Positions 19,156-30,500 of a stretch of DNA of 64,000 nt are shown here, in pieces. The notes under the pieces were generated by a model, which saw only the letters and a program-made list of their open reading frames with translations, ran no database searches and was not told the DNA's origin. Origin of the DNA: an uncultured Chlorobiota bacterium (GTDB lineage Bacteria; Bacteroidota; Ignavibacteria; UBA10030; UBA6906); contig CAADGV010000010.1 of assembly GCA_900696645.1 (NCBI GenBank), positions 9,771 to 73,770 of the forward strand, written 5' to 3'. Positions within the stretch are counted from its first letter, which is position 1. The number at the start of each line of letters is the position of its first letter. Position numbers and translations under genes: made by a program.

Positions 19156-20121
19156 ATGAAACGAACTGATCTTTCGCGCAGGAACTTTGTTCGCACAGTA
19201 ATCGGCGGTGCCGCAGCAGCAGGGCTGGCGGGCACACTGAAACCGCTCGACCTTTTCGGGGGGGATGGAGATGCGAAAGCAATGCCCTTCAGACCGCTTG
19301 GGAAGACAGGGCATAGTGTCCGCCTCTTCAGTCTGGGCGGACAAGCAACGCTTGAAACCGGAGGCAAGGAAGAGGAATCACTTGCAATAATCAACCGGGG
19401 GCTTGACCTCGGTGTCAACTACATCGATACTGCCGCGGCATACGGCAGGGGAGTGAGCGAGAAGTATATCGGCATGGTGATGAAGTCGCGTCGCAAAGAA
19501 GTTTTTCTCGCAACAAAGACACACAACCGAAGTTACGACGGCTCAATGCGCTTGCTTGAACAATCGCTTGCCAATCTGCAAACCGACCACCTTGATGCGT
19601 GGCAGTTGCACAATGTGAGAACGCAGGAAGATCTTGACAAAATCTTCGCGAAAGACGGTGCAATCAAGGCGTTGGAGAAGGCCCGCGACGAGAAGATTGT
19701 TCGCTTTCTCGGCATCACCGGACACTATGATCCATTTGTCCTGAAGAAAGGCATCGAGCAATATCCGTTCGATACGATTCTTATGGCATTGAATGCTGCT
19801 GACAAGCACAACAAATCGTTCATCGAACATTTGTTGCCGACTGCTGTGGAAAAGAAGATGGGTATTATCGGAATGAAGATTCCTGCACGCGGGAGAATGT
19901 TCCGTGAAGGCGGCATCACGAATATGGAACCTGCGATGCGGTACGTTCTGTCGCTTCCCGTCAGTACCGTTATCGTCGGCATATCGACTCTTGACGAGCT
20001 TGAGGAGAATATTCGCATTGCCCGGGACTTCAAGCCGATGACGAAGGAGGAGATGGCGAAAACCGAGGAATTGACACGGCCATACTTCTCGGATGCGAGC
20101 TGGTTCAAATCGTCGTGGTGA
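19156..20121 (+). CDS. Aldo/keto reductase with a twin-arginine (Tat) signal peptide
   Basis: N-terminus MKRTDLSRRNFVRTVIGGAAAAGLAG (SRRxF Tat motif). AKR core motifs GVNYIDTAAAYG and LDAWQLHN. Confidence 0.85.
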   Translation: MKRTDLSRRNFVRTVIGGAAAAGLAGTLKPLDLFGGDGDAKAMPFRPLGKTGHSVRLFSLGGQATLETGGKEEESLAIINRGLDLGVNYIDTAAAYGRGVSEKYIGMVMKSRRKEVFLATKTHNRSYDGSMRLLEQSLANLQTDHLDAWQLHNVRTQEDLDKIFAKDGAIKALEKARDEKIVRFLGITGHYDPFVLKKGIEQYPFDTILMALNAADKHNKSFIEHLLPTAVEKKMGIIGMKIPARGRMFREGGITNMEPAMRYVLSLPVSTVIVGISTLDELEENIRIARDFKPMTKEEMAKTEELTRPYFSDASWFKSSW

Positions 20122-20171
20122 GCCAGGTTTCTTTCGTCCTTTGACAACGTGACACACTTCAGAGATTCTTG

Positions 20172-20642
20172 ATGCCGAAAGATTACGATCCGCGGATGCA
20201 CACGGCAGAACATATTCTCAACCAGACGATGGTGAGAATGTTCAACCGGGGACGCTCGTTCAGCAATCATCTTGAACGGAAGAAATCGAAATGTGACTAT
20301 CATTTCGATCGGGATCTCACCGCCGACGAAATTGCGGCGATCGAGAAAGGCGTGAACGAGATTGTTACCCGCGATGCACCCGTGTATGAGGAATTCCTTT
20401 CACGAGAACTCGCGCAACAAGACTTTGACTTGGCGCGGCTTCCCGATCAAACCGGTGACAGGATCAGAATTATCAAAGTTGGCGACTATGACGCGTGTCC
20501 GTGCATAGGCCAGCATGTCCGCAGTACACGTGAAATCGGAACCTTTCGCATCATCTCAACCGGTTACGAGGAAGGAGTGCTTCGGATCCGGTTCAAACTT
20601 CTGCCCGGAACAGCCGCAAGTGCCGAAGATGCGGAATCTTGA
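20172..20642 (+). CDS. AlaX-S-type alanyl-tRNA editing domain protein (tRNA_SAD)
   Basis: HTAEHIL (HxxxH) and CPCIGQH (CxxxH) zinc motifs in a free-standing protein of about 156 aa. Confidence 0.8.
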   Translation: MPKDYDPRMHTAEHILNQTMVRMFNRGRSFSNHLERKKSKCDYHFDRDLTADEIAAIEKGVNEIVTRDAPVYEEFLSRELAQQDFDLARLPDQTGDRIRIIKVGDYDACPCIGQHVRSTREIGTFRIISTGYEEGVLRIRFKLLPGTAASAEDAES

Positions 20643-20757
20643 TTCTGAATCTCGTTTCCGGTAGTTTATATGATGCAGTCTAACGCTTCAAGGATGTATT
20701 GCCGCCGGAACCTGCTTTATTTAACTCAACATCAACCACAATCAAAAAGGTAATAAG

Positions 20758-21030
20758 ATGCCAAACCAGGAACATCTTTCCGTGCTGAGTAAGGGGATTT
20801 CGGAATGGAACAAGTGGAGAGCGGCAAACCCGGGCGTTGTGCCGGAGCTGAGTGATGCAAACCTCAGCGGCAAGGATCTTAGCAAAGGCGATTTCTCCCG
20901 CGCTGATTTCCGGAATGCTGATCTTTCCAATGCAATCCTTACAGGGGCAAATTTCGAGAAGGCTGATCTTTCAGGAGCTAATTTGGGAGGGGCAATGGGC
21001 CTTACTTGGCAAGGATTGGATAACCGTTAG
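20758..21030 (+). CDS. Pentapeptide-repeat protein
   Basis: Tandem A(D/N)LSx repeats: ANLSGKDLSKGDFSRADFRNADLSNAILTGANFEKADLSGANLGG. Confidence 0.8.
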   Translation: MPNQEHLSVLSKGISEWNKWRAANPGVVPELSDANLSGKDLSKGDFSRADFRNADLSNAILTGANFEKADLSGANLGGAMGLTWQGLDNR

Positions 21031-21046
21031 CATTCACCGTCGTTCG

Positions 21047-21122
21047 GCCCTCGTAGCTCAGTGGATAGAGCAGCGGTTTCCTAAACCGTTGGCCGGCAGT
21101 TCGACTCTGCCCGAGGGCACCA
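21047..21122 (+). tRNA. tRNA-Arg (anticodon CCT), CCA encoded
   Basis: Manual cloverleaf: acceptor GCCCTCG/CGAGGGC, anticodon arm GCGGT-TTCCTAA-ACCGT, T-arm GGCAG-TTCGACT-CTGCC, followed by a T6 run. Confidence 0.9.
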
Positions 21123-21266
21123 TTTTTTGCCTCAATAGGCCGTCATAGACTCCACTACTTTGACTAACGCGGGTTGCTAATCTGAACCCGCATCGATTTC
21201 CCCCATCTTCTTCTAAATGAACTAATTAGCATTCCCTCCGACACGGAAATTTTGATTCCCGGCTCG

Positions 21267-21295
21267 TTGACTGATGAATGATTTCTTTGTATGTT
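21267..21295 (+). promoter_or_regulatory. Sigma70-like promoter candidate for the giant adhesin gene
   Basis: TTGACT (21267-21272), 17-nt spacer, TATGTT (21290-21295). It would give a leader of about 220 nt. Confidence 0.35.
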
Positions 21296-21306
21296 GCAGT
21301 CACGAT

Positions 21307-21327
21307 ATGTACATTTGCCTGTACATA
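21307..21327. promoter_or_regulatory. Tandem palindromic TGTACA boxes (ATGTACAT-N5-TGTACATA), operator-like
   Basis: TGTACA at 21308-21313 and 21320-21325, 12 bp centre to centre, immediately downstream of the candidate -10. Confidence 0.3.
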
Positions 21328-21519
21328 GTCGGACAATCCTCTGTGGGGCACCAAAAGTTTTCCCCTTTCAAGCTATCTGGTGGCGATTGGCTCAAACGAA
21401 TTCAGGGGTTTAGAATGCACGCCTCAGAACTTCGACGAGAGATGAACCTCGGATTATCTGTACCCTTCATTTCGAAGACAGGAATGATTATGTGTGAAAC
21501 TATACGTGAAGGTGCAAGT

Positions 21520-24500
21520 ATGTGCAAGAGTTGCGTTACACGCCTGTGGCTTATTCTTACTGTTCTTCTTTGCATCGGTTCTGCAGGGGCGTTTGCGCAG
21601 GCAACGCAGGTTCGTGTAGAGACGATGCCTGACGGAACCGGGACAATTGTTCCGGCTCAGAGCTTGGCACTGGGCGAAACCCTCGTAGTATATGCAATCA
21701 GTCGAACTGCCGGTGGTGTGTTCGTTGCCAATGTTGTGGCGGATGTTTGGGCTCTTGATTCGATTGCTGGGGGAGTGGTTGCGGGAGATCTTGTTCCCCA
21801 TGCGAACAGAAGAAGCGCAACGTTCCGGGCGCGCTTGACGGGCTCGGCGAACATCAGAGCGACGTTTGGTTTGCTGACTCCGGTTCGTTCAGGAAAGATT
21901 ACTGTTGTTCCAGGGCCTGCCAAAAAACTCGCGTTCATTCAGGGCCCTACGAATGCAAACGCAGGAGCAGCAATTGCACCGCCCATTACCGTTCAGATTC
22001 AGGATTCAGTTGGAAACAGTGTGCCAACGCCGGCGCCCGGCTTGCAAATCAATCTTGCGATTCACACAGGTACAGGAGTTCTTGGTGGGACAGTTGCCCG
22101 TTTAACAGACGCAACGGGGCGGGCAACATTCAATGATGTAAGCGTCAACCTCGTCGGCATAAAGACGCTTAAAGCCACCCGTGCCGGACTGGACAGCGCA
22201 GTAAGTGCTTCATTTACGATCAACCCCGGAGCTGCAAAGAAGCTTGTATTCATTCAGCAACCTACAACAACCTCTGCCGGCACGATTATCACTCCTCCTA
22301 TTACCGTTCAGGTACAAGATACGTTCGGGAATAATGTCAGGACACCTGCGCCGGGACTTGCTATCACCGTGGCTCTCAATTCCGGAACAGGAGTTCTCGG
22401 CGGCACGTTAGTGCGTTCGACAGATACGACAGGGCTCGCTACATTCAATAATCTGAGTCTGAACATCAGCGGGGCAAAGACGTTGAAGGCTACCCGCACC
22501 GGGTTGGATAGTGCCGTGAGTACTGCATTTACGATCAACGCAGCAGCCCCGAAGAAGCTTCTGTTTGTTCAACAGCCAACGAATACTCCGGCGGGAACGA
22601 GTATCAACCCTCCGATCACTGTGCAAGTTCAGGACACATTCGGGAATAGTGTCAGAACGCCGGCGCCCGGACTTCTTGTTAACCTCGCTCTCAATTCGGG
22701 AACCGGCGTTTTGGGCGGAACGCTGGCCCGTTCAACAGATACGACGGGGCTGGCGACGTTCAATGATGTGAATGTAAACCTCATCGGCCTGAAAACTGTG
22801 AAGGCGACTCGTACCGGATTGGATAGTGCAATCAGTACCTCGTTCACTGTCAGTGCGGCACCTGCAAAAAAACTGGTATTCGTCCAGCAACCGACTAACG
22901 ACACGGCTGGAACAATTATCACACCACCAATTACCGTTCAGGTACAGGATACATTCGGGAATAATGTGGCGGGCGTTGTTTCTGTTGTGATGACCATACA
23001 TTCAGGAACCGGTGTCCTGTCGGGCACGACAACGAAATCGACAAGTGCTGCCGGTCTTGCAACATTCGACAATCTCAGCATCAATCTTACCGGGGCAAAA
23101 CAACTCAAGGCAAACAATCCCGGTCTTGATTCGGCTGTCAGCGTGTCCTTTACGATCAATCCGGCAGCAGCGTCGCGGCTTGCGATTCAGGTACAGCCGT
23201 CTGCAACAGCAACCGCAGGCGTTGTGTTTGCTCAACAGCCTGTGGTGAGAATTGAAGATGCTTTTGGAAATCTCGTTACAACGAACAATTCTACATCAGT
23301 AACTGCCACTCGCAGTGCCGGAACGGGGACGTTGCAAGGAACGACGACGTTGACCGCTTCGGGAGGACTCGTGTCGTTCACGAATCTCAGGCATAATGTT
23401 TCGGGCACGATATCAATTCAGTTTACGAGTCTGCCTGTACTCACGCCTGTTACATCTACAAACATAGTGGTAAGTCCTGCTGCTGCATCGAAACTCGTTT
23501 TTACCCAGCAGCCGACGAATACAGTTTCAGGCTCCGCGATTACACCGGCGCTTACTGTTCAGCTTCAGGACACGTTCAGCAACAATGTTCTTCAATCTGG
23601 CCGCCCTGTTCTGATGACGTTGTCGTCAGGAACAGGTGTACTCAGTGGCACGACAACACAGAACACGAATGCATCCGGAGTTGCAACGTTCAGCAATCTT
23701 AACATCAATCTTGTGGGTACGAAAGCCCTGACGGCGACCAGTACCGGCCTGGTTTCAGCGATTAGCAGCAGTTTCCAAATTACAGTCGGGCCGCCTGCTA
23801 CTGTTGTAGCGACTGCAGGTACACCACAGAGCGCTCTTGTGAATACCGCCTTTTCTACCAATCTGCGGGCATTAGTCCGAGACGCCGCAGGAAACGTTAT
23901 TTCCGGGGCAACTGTTACGTTCACGGCGCCAACGACGGGGGCAAGGGGGACATTTGCCGGAGGCCTTTCAACGATAAATGTTGCGACCGATACCAACGGC
24001 ATTGCCACGGCAACTGTCTTTACGGCCAACATCATTGCGGGATCGTACAACGTCACGGCGTCCGTTGTTGGTGTTCCGACCCCTGCAACGTACGCTTTAA
24101 CGAACACCGCGGGGCCGCCCCGACAGATTGCTGCAACCGCAGGAACACCTCAAAGCACACAGATTGCAACGGCGTTTCCTGTGAACTTTCAGGCAACGGT
24201 GAGGGATACATTTGGAAACCTCCTGAGCGGTATCGTTGTGACCTTCACGGCACCCTCAAGCGGCCCGTCGGGCACGTTTGCGGGAGGTGTCAACACATCC
24301 ACAACAAATGTCAGCGGTGTGGCGACCGCTGCGGTATTCAGTGCCAATATCATTGCGGGATCGTATCAGTTGACTGCGACTGCGCCGGGCATTACTACTC
24401 CGGCTGCGTTTGCACTGACCAACCTGCCGGGAACGCCGACTTCCGTTACAGCTACAGCAGGAACTCCGCAGTCTGCACAAGTCGGTACAGCCTTTGCCAC

Positions 24501-27500
24501 AAATCTGACGGCACTTGTTCGGGATGGTGCCAGCAATCCTGTTCCCGGCATTCTCGTAAGATTCAAGAAACCGGCAACGGGTGCAAGCGGAACATTCGCG
24601 GGTGGGATTGATACAGTGAGAACGGATGCAAACGGTGTTGCCGTTGCACCGGTTTTCACGGCCAACCTTATAGCAGGAAGCTATAACGATAGCGCGGTTG
24701 TGACGGGTGTTCCAGCACCGGCAATCTATCAAATGACAAATACATCCGGGCCGCCCGGAAACATTACCGTTGTCGCGGGAACACCCCAATCTGCAGTCGT
24801 CAACACGGCATTTGCAACAAGCCTGCAAGTCCTCGTCAGGGATGCTGTCGGAAATCCTGTGAACAACGTTACTGTAACATTTACGGCCCCATCGACCGGT
24901 CCGAGCGGCAAGTTTGGTGGTCTTCGGGTTGTGACAGCTCCGACGAATGTCAGCGGAATTGCAACGGCTCCAACGTTCACTGCCGATACACTGGCAGGTT
25001 CCTATCAGGTAACGGCCTCTGCTCCTGATGTTACGACGCCCGCTCTGTTCGCGATGACGAATAATCCGGGAGCCGCATCCCGTATTCTCGCTACAGCGGG
25101 AACACCCCAAAGCGCGCAGATAGGGACAGCATTCGCGACAAACTTCAGAGTCCGGGTGACGGATGCGTTTGACAATCCCATCGGCGGGAACCTTGTCACG
25201 TTTACGCCACCTGCAACCGGTCCGAGCGGAGCGTTTCAAGGGAATGTGAATACAACCACAACCGATTCAACCGGTGCAGCGACCGCAGTAGTTTTTACGG
25301 CTAACTTCATTGCCGGAACATACAATCTGCCGGCTACTGCTACGGGTGTTGCAACTCCTGCGCAATTTGTTCTCACCAACACAGCCGGAACTCCTCAGAC
25401 AATCACTCCAACAGCGGGGACTCCGCAAAGCGCACGCGTGAACACACAGTTTGCTGCAAGTCTCCAAGCGATTGTAAGAGATGGAGCTGGGAATCCTGCT
25501 TCGGGCATAACGGTGACGTTCACGGCCCCTGTTTCCGGAGCAAGTGCCCGGTTCTCAAACGGACAGACGACATTCACAACAACATCATCCGGTGCGGGAA
25601 TTGCGTCGGCGACGGTGTTCGCAAACACAATTGTAGGAAGTTACGCTGTTAATGCCACAGTCTCAGGAGTGGCATCTCCTGCAATCTTCTTGCTGACAAA
25701 TACCCCGGGAATAGCAGCAAGTGTTTCTGCAACCGCAGGCACCCCACAAGCCACGACTGTCAATACCGCATTTCCTGTTCAGTTTCAGGCAACGGTGAGA
25801 GATTCATTTAACAACGTTGTGCCCGGGGTTCTCGTAACATTTTCGGGCACAGGCGGATCGTTTGTTGGCGGGGTCGATACTGCTCGAACGAATTCAGGCG
25901 GCGTTGCCACGGCAGCAGTTTTTGTTGCGGGGACAGTCGCAGGCGCGCACACAGTAAACGCAAGCGTGCCCGGTGTAACTGCACCGGCTGCGTATTCACT
26001 GACAAATCTTGCCGGTTCTCCTGAAAGTGTATTTGCGACGGCAGGAACTCCGCAAAGCACTCAAGTGAATACGGCATTTGCTACCCAACTTGCAGTTGCA
26101 GTCCGGGATTCGTTCAATAATCCTGTACCGAACGTTATTGTGACGTTCACCGTTCCACTTACCGGACCGAGCGGAGTGTTTGCGGGTGGAGTGAATATCG
26201 CAACGACAAACAGCGCCGGCGTGGCAACCGCTCCGGTTCTGACGGCGAACAGCACAGCCGGACAGTACATCGTGACCGCGTCGGTGCCGGGCGTTTCGTC
26301 GCCTGCACAGTTCTTCCTCACAAATGTTCCGGGACAAGCAGCGAGCATCATCCCGACTGCGGGAACTCCCCAAAGTGCTCAGGTCAATACGCCCTTTGCA
26401 ACAAACTTCAGTGTTCTTGTCCGAGACGCATCCGGGAATCCTGTGAGAAATCTGACAGTTACATTCACTGTCCCGTCCTCCGGTCCGGGCGGGATGTTTG
26501 CAGCAGGCGGGAACTTCACGACGGACTCGAACGGCGTCGTTACAGCGCCGCAATTTACCGCCAATACGACGGCAGGCAGATATACGGTGAATGCAACCGT
26601 GGCAGGAGTTCCAACTCCGGCACAATTCCAACTAACGAACACACCCGGTGTTGCGAATTCTGTAGTACTTGCCGGTGGCTCAGGACAATCCACAACAGTC
26701 GGGACGGTTTTCCCGGTTCCGCTTCAGGCATTGGTGAGGGATAACTGGAACAATCCGGTACCCGGAATACTTGTCACGTTCACGTCACCTTCTACGGGCC
26801 CGTCATGTAACTTCGCCGGATTTGCAATCGGTACGGCAACTACTGATACGAACGGCATTGCGAGCATTATCGCCATAGCGAACCAATTGGCCGGATCGTA
26901 CAATGTTGTCGCAACGGTTTCCGGGATCTCAACACCTGCAAACTTCTCGCTGTCAAATACCGCTGCAGCGCCAGCAACAATCATTGCAACAGCGGGCACA
27001 CCGCAAAGCGCCCAAGTAGGGACAGTGTTCTCCACGCCTCTGCAGGCTCTCGTGCGTGACGGATTCAGCAATCCTGTTCCGAATGCTCTTGTTCAGTTCA
27101 CTCCTCCGGCAACCGGGCCGAGCGGAACGTTCCAAAATAACATTGACACCGTGAGAACGAACTCGGGTGGGGTGGCGACAGCCCGCCCGTTCACGGCAAA
27201 CCTGATTGCTGGAGGTCCGTACTCTGTCACCGCGGGTGTCACGGGAGTTACCGAAACAGCGTCGTATCTTTTGACAAACCTCACCGGCCCGCCGGGGAGC
27301 ATCACAATCTTGCAGGGAACTCCGCAGATCACGACCGTGGGAACGGCGTTCCCTGTGCAGTTCAGGGTGCAGGTCAGGGATTCCGCGAACAATCCAGTGG
27401 TAAACACGCCGGTCACGTTCTTCCCGCCTCAAGGCGGGGTTGGCGGATTCTTCCAGGGAACGGGCGGAGGCCCGATTGATGTTCCGACCAATCAGAGCGG

Positions 27501-30500
27501 AATCTCCGAAGCTCCGGTTTTCATAGCCAATACCATTGCCGGAAGCTATTCTGTTGGTGCATCTGCGCCGAGTGTCTCATCGCCTGCAACGTTCCAGATG
27601 ACCAACAGACCCGGGGCACCGAAGAGACTCTACTCGGTTGCCGGAACTCCCCAGTCTGCCCAGATTAGTACCGCATTTGCAACCAACTTCCAGGCTGCTG
27701 TTGAAGATTCATTTGCCAATATGGTTCCGAATGTTCTGGTGAAATGGACTCAACCTTCGAGCGGGCCGAGCGGTTCATTTTCAGGCGGGAGGGACACTGC
27801 CCGAACCCTCGCGAACGGGATTGCCACAGCCCCGGTGTTTGTTGCGAATATTATTGCCGGAACCTATACTGTACGCGCAACAACAGCAGGCGTTGTCGAT
27901 ACGGCAAACTATTCTTTGAGAAACACACCGGGCTCTCCCGCGACAATATCGGTGTTTCAAGGTAGCGGGCAATCGACAATCGTCAACACATCATTCGGCA
28001 GCACGCTCCAAGCATTTGTTACCGATGGAGCCGGTAATGGTGTGGGTGGTGTGTTGGTCCAATTTTCCGTTCCTCTGACGGGGCCAAGTTGTGTGTTCCT
28101 AAACGGAATCGACACTGTCAGAACGCAGGAAAACGGTATCGCAAATTCTCAACCGTTCTCGGCAAACTCAGTGGCGGGAACATACCTTGTCTCCGCAAGT
28201 GCGCCGGGTGTATCCCAGCCCGCACAGTTTACTCTCACGAATCGTCCAACCGTTCCTGCAACAATTGTTGCAACTGCAGGAACGCCTCAATCTGCCCAAG
28301 TGAATACGAACTTCGCAACACAATTCAGGGCAGTCGTTCGTGATTCATTCGCCAATCCAATCTCCGGCTGGCGAGTTACATTCATTGCCCCTTCGTCAGG
28401 TCCGGGAGGAAGCTTCCAAGGTGGGGGAAATCAATGGATGACAAATGACAGCGGCGTGGTAACGGCAAACACATTCACAGCAAATGGTACTGCCGGGTCA
28501 TACGTTGTACAGGCATTTGCGGAAAATCTCAGCGCTACGGCCAGCTACAATCTCACCAACACACCCGGACAAGCCGGCAACGTGACGGTGGTTGCAGGCA
28601 ACCAACAGTCAGCAGCAGTGAACACACTGTTTTCTCTGCCGCTTAGTGTAAGAGTCACCGATGGTTCCGGGAATCCGGTGGGTGGTGTTAGCGTTACGTT
28701 TACAGCACCGGCAACCGGGCCGAGCGGCACGTTCCCGGGAGGTACGCTATCGCGGATTGTGCAAACAGATACGGGCGGAATTGCCCGGGCGGATTCGTTC
28801 AGAGCAAACACCGTTGCAGGATCGTACGACGTGAATGCAACCGTACAGGGGCTTGCGGGTACGGGAACGTTTACGTTGTCCAACACCGTGGGCCCGCTCA
28901 ATGCTTTTGTTGTGGAGGCGGCCGGTGGCGGCAACATCCCCGCACAACTTACCAGAGTTCCATTTTCGGTTCGGATCAGCGCCAAGGATGCGTTCAACAA
29001 TACGGTCTCTACATTTACCGGAACTGTCACGATAACATCCAATGGCAGACTCTTTTCGGGAGGCGGAGTTACTTCGACATTCTCGAACGGACAACTTACG
29101 CATCAAATTGTAATGGATAAGGCGGGAAGCGGCATTACCATTACCGCAACCCGGACGTCGGGGGGAACACAAACAGGGACGAGTAATGCATTCCAGGTCA
29201 ATAATCCTGTTCCGACACTTACGAGCGTGACTCCTGCAATTGTGAGCCTGCTCGAAACCGTGGTGCTGGTAATGCGGGGAACAGGCTTCATCGATACTGT
29301 TACCACTGTGAATGTTGGAACGGGAATCACAATCAACTCGGTGGTCGTGGATAGCCTGACCCAGTTGCGGGCAAATGTTACGGTTACTTCAAGCGCAACA
29401 ACGGGTGATCGAAATATCACGGTCAGCAACGGGGCACCCGGCGGCGGCACGTCGAATCAAATTGCGCTTACGGTAGATATGCCGGTTCCTCCTGCACCAA
29501 CACTATCCGGAGGACCGGCTGACTCGAGCATGAATGTGGATTCTACCTTGACCCTCTCTTGGTCTCCCGCACCACTAGCGATCACGTATAATTTGCAGGT
29601 CTCGACGGTGGCGACGTTTGCAACACCGGTAATCAATGATGAGACGCTCACCTCTACATCGCGAATCGTTCTCCTTAAAGGTAATACGCTGTATTTTTGG
29701 CGTGTGCGTGCAAAGAATTCGAGAGGGTTTGGACCGTTCTCGGCAGCGAAGTCGTTCACAACACTCCCGGCGTACCCTCAGGCGTACAGTCTTTCCACTA
29801 CCGTGGTGTATCCTGATCGGCCGACTCAAGGTGATTATCTTCCAACAGACTATCGCATTGTCGGTTTGCCGGGTGATGGATTGAGGGGGGGGATTACAAT
29901 TCCGCAACTTCTTCCCGGCACGCAGAACGTTGATTGGATAGTGTATCGGGATAACGGTGCCGACCAGAACTACTTCGAACCGTATGACGGAAACCCGTCG
30001 TTCTCGCTTGCCCCGGGGAGGGCATTCTGGGTTTTGAAGAAGGGCATCTGGTCTATTACGAGTGTCTCCGTACCTACCGCAACGCTGAATACGCAGAACC
30101 AGAGTGTTCAAATAGGGTTGCAGAATGGATGGAACCTCATCACCAATCCATATACTCTGACGATTCCGTGGAGCGTTGTGCGTGCGGCAAACGGCAATTT
30201 CTCCGATCCTATCTACGGATTTAACGGAGCCTTCAGCGTGTCCGAGTTCCTCCCGTATGGAGGGTACTACTTCTTCAACAGCGGAAGCCTTAACTCGTTG
30301 CGAATTCCGTTTGGCAACTACACGTCTGTGGGAAAATCCGGTGAAAGCCGAAAGCAAGGCGAATGGCAAATAAGTATGGAATACAGCGCGCAAGGATATA
30401 CCGACAACACGTTGGTATTCGGCGTACTGTCCGACTCGCGGCACGGATTGGATTCACTGGAATACCGGAAGCCGCGTGCATTCGACGGAATACCGACTGT

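Noticed and set aside
19543-20303. Minus-strand ORFs of 204 and 192 aa
   Set aside because: They are antisense to the aldo/keto reductase and AlaX genes and have no motifs.
21268-21285. CTGATGA core suggestive of a hammerhead ribozyme
   Set aside because: I could not build the matching GAAA/stem II-III architecture, and the sequence coincides with a promoter spacer.
21274-21519. ORF-track N-terminal extension of the adhesin (start at 21274)
   Set aside because: The extension has no signal peptide and overlaps the predicted promoter and operator. A canonical signal peptide begins at ATG 21520.
24256-25239. Long antisense ORFs inside the adhesin gene (e.g. 24256-25239, 25996-26631, 28545-29042, 29575-30444 on the minus strand)
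   Set aside because: They lie opposite a strongly supported repeat-protein frame. Their products are low-complexity Arg/Cys/Ser-rich with no motifs. This is typical of open antisense frames in GC-biased repetitive coding DNA.
21910-28890. Periodic DNA repeats that could be mistaken for a CRISPR or satellite array
   Set aside because: The period is about 312-319 bp and the repeats are in frame. They are conserved at the protein level (Ig-like units) and have no short direct repeats separated by unique spacers.
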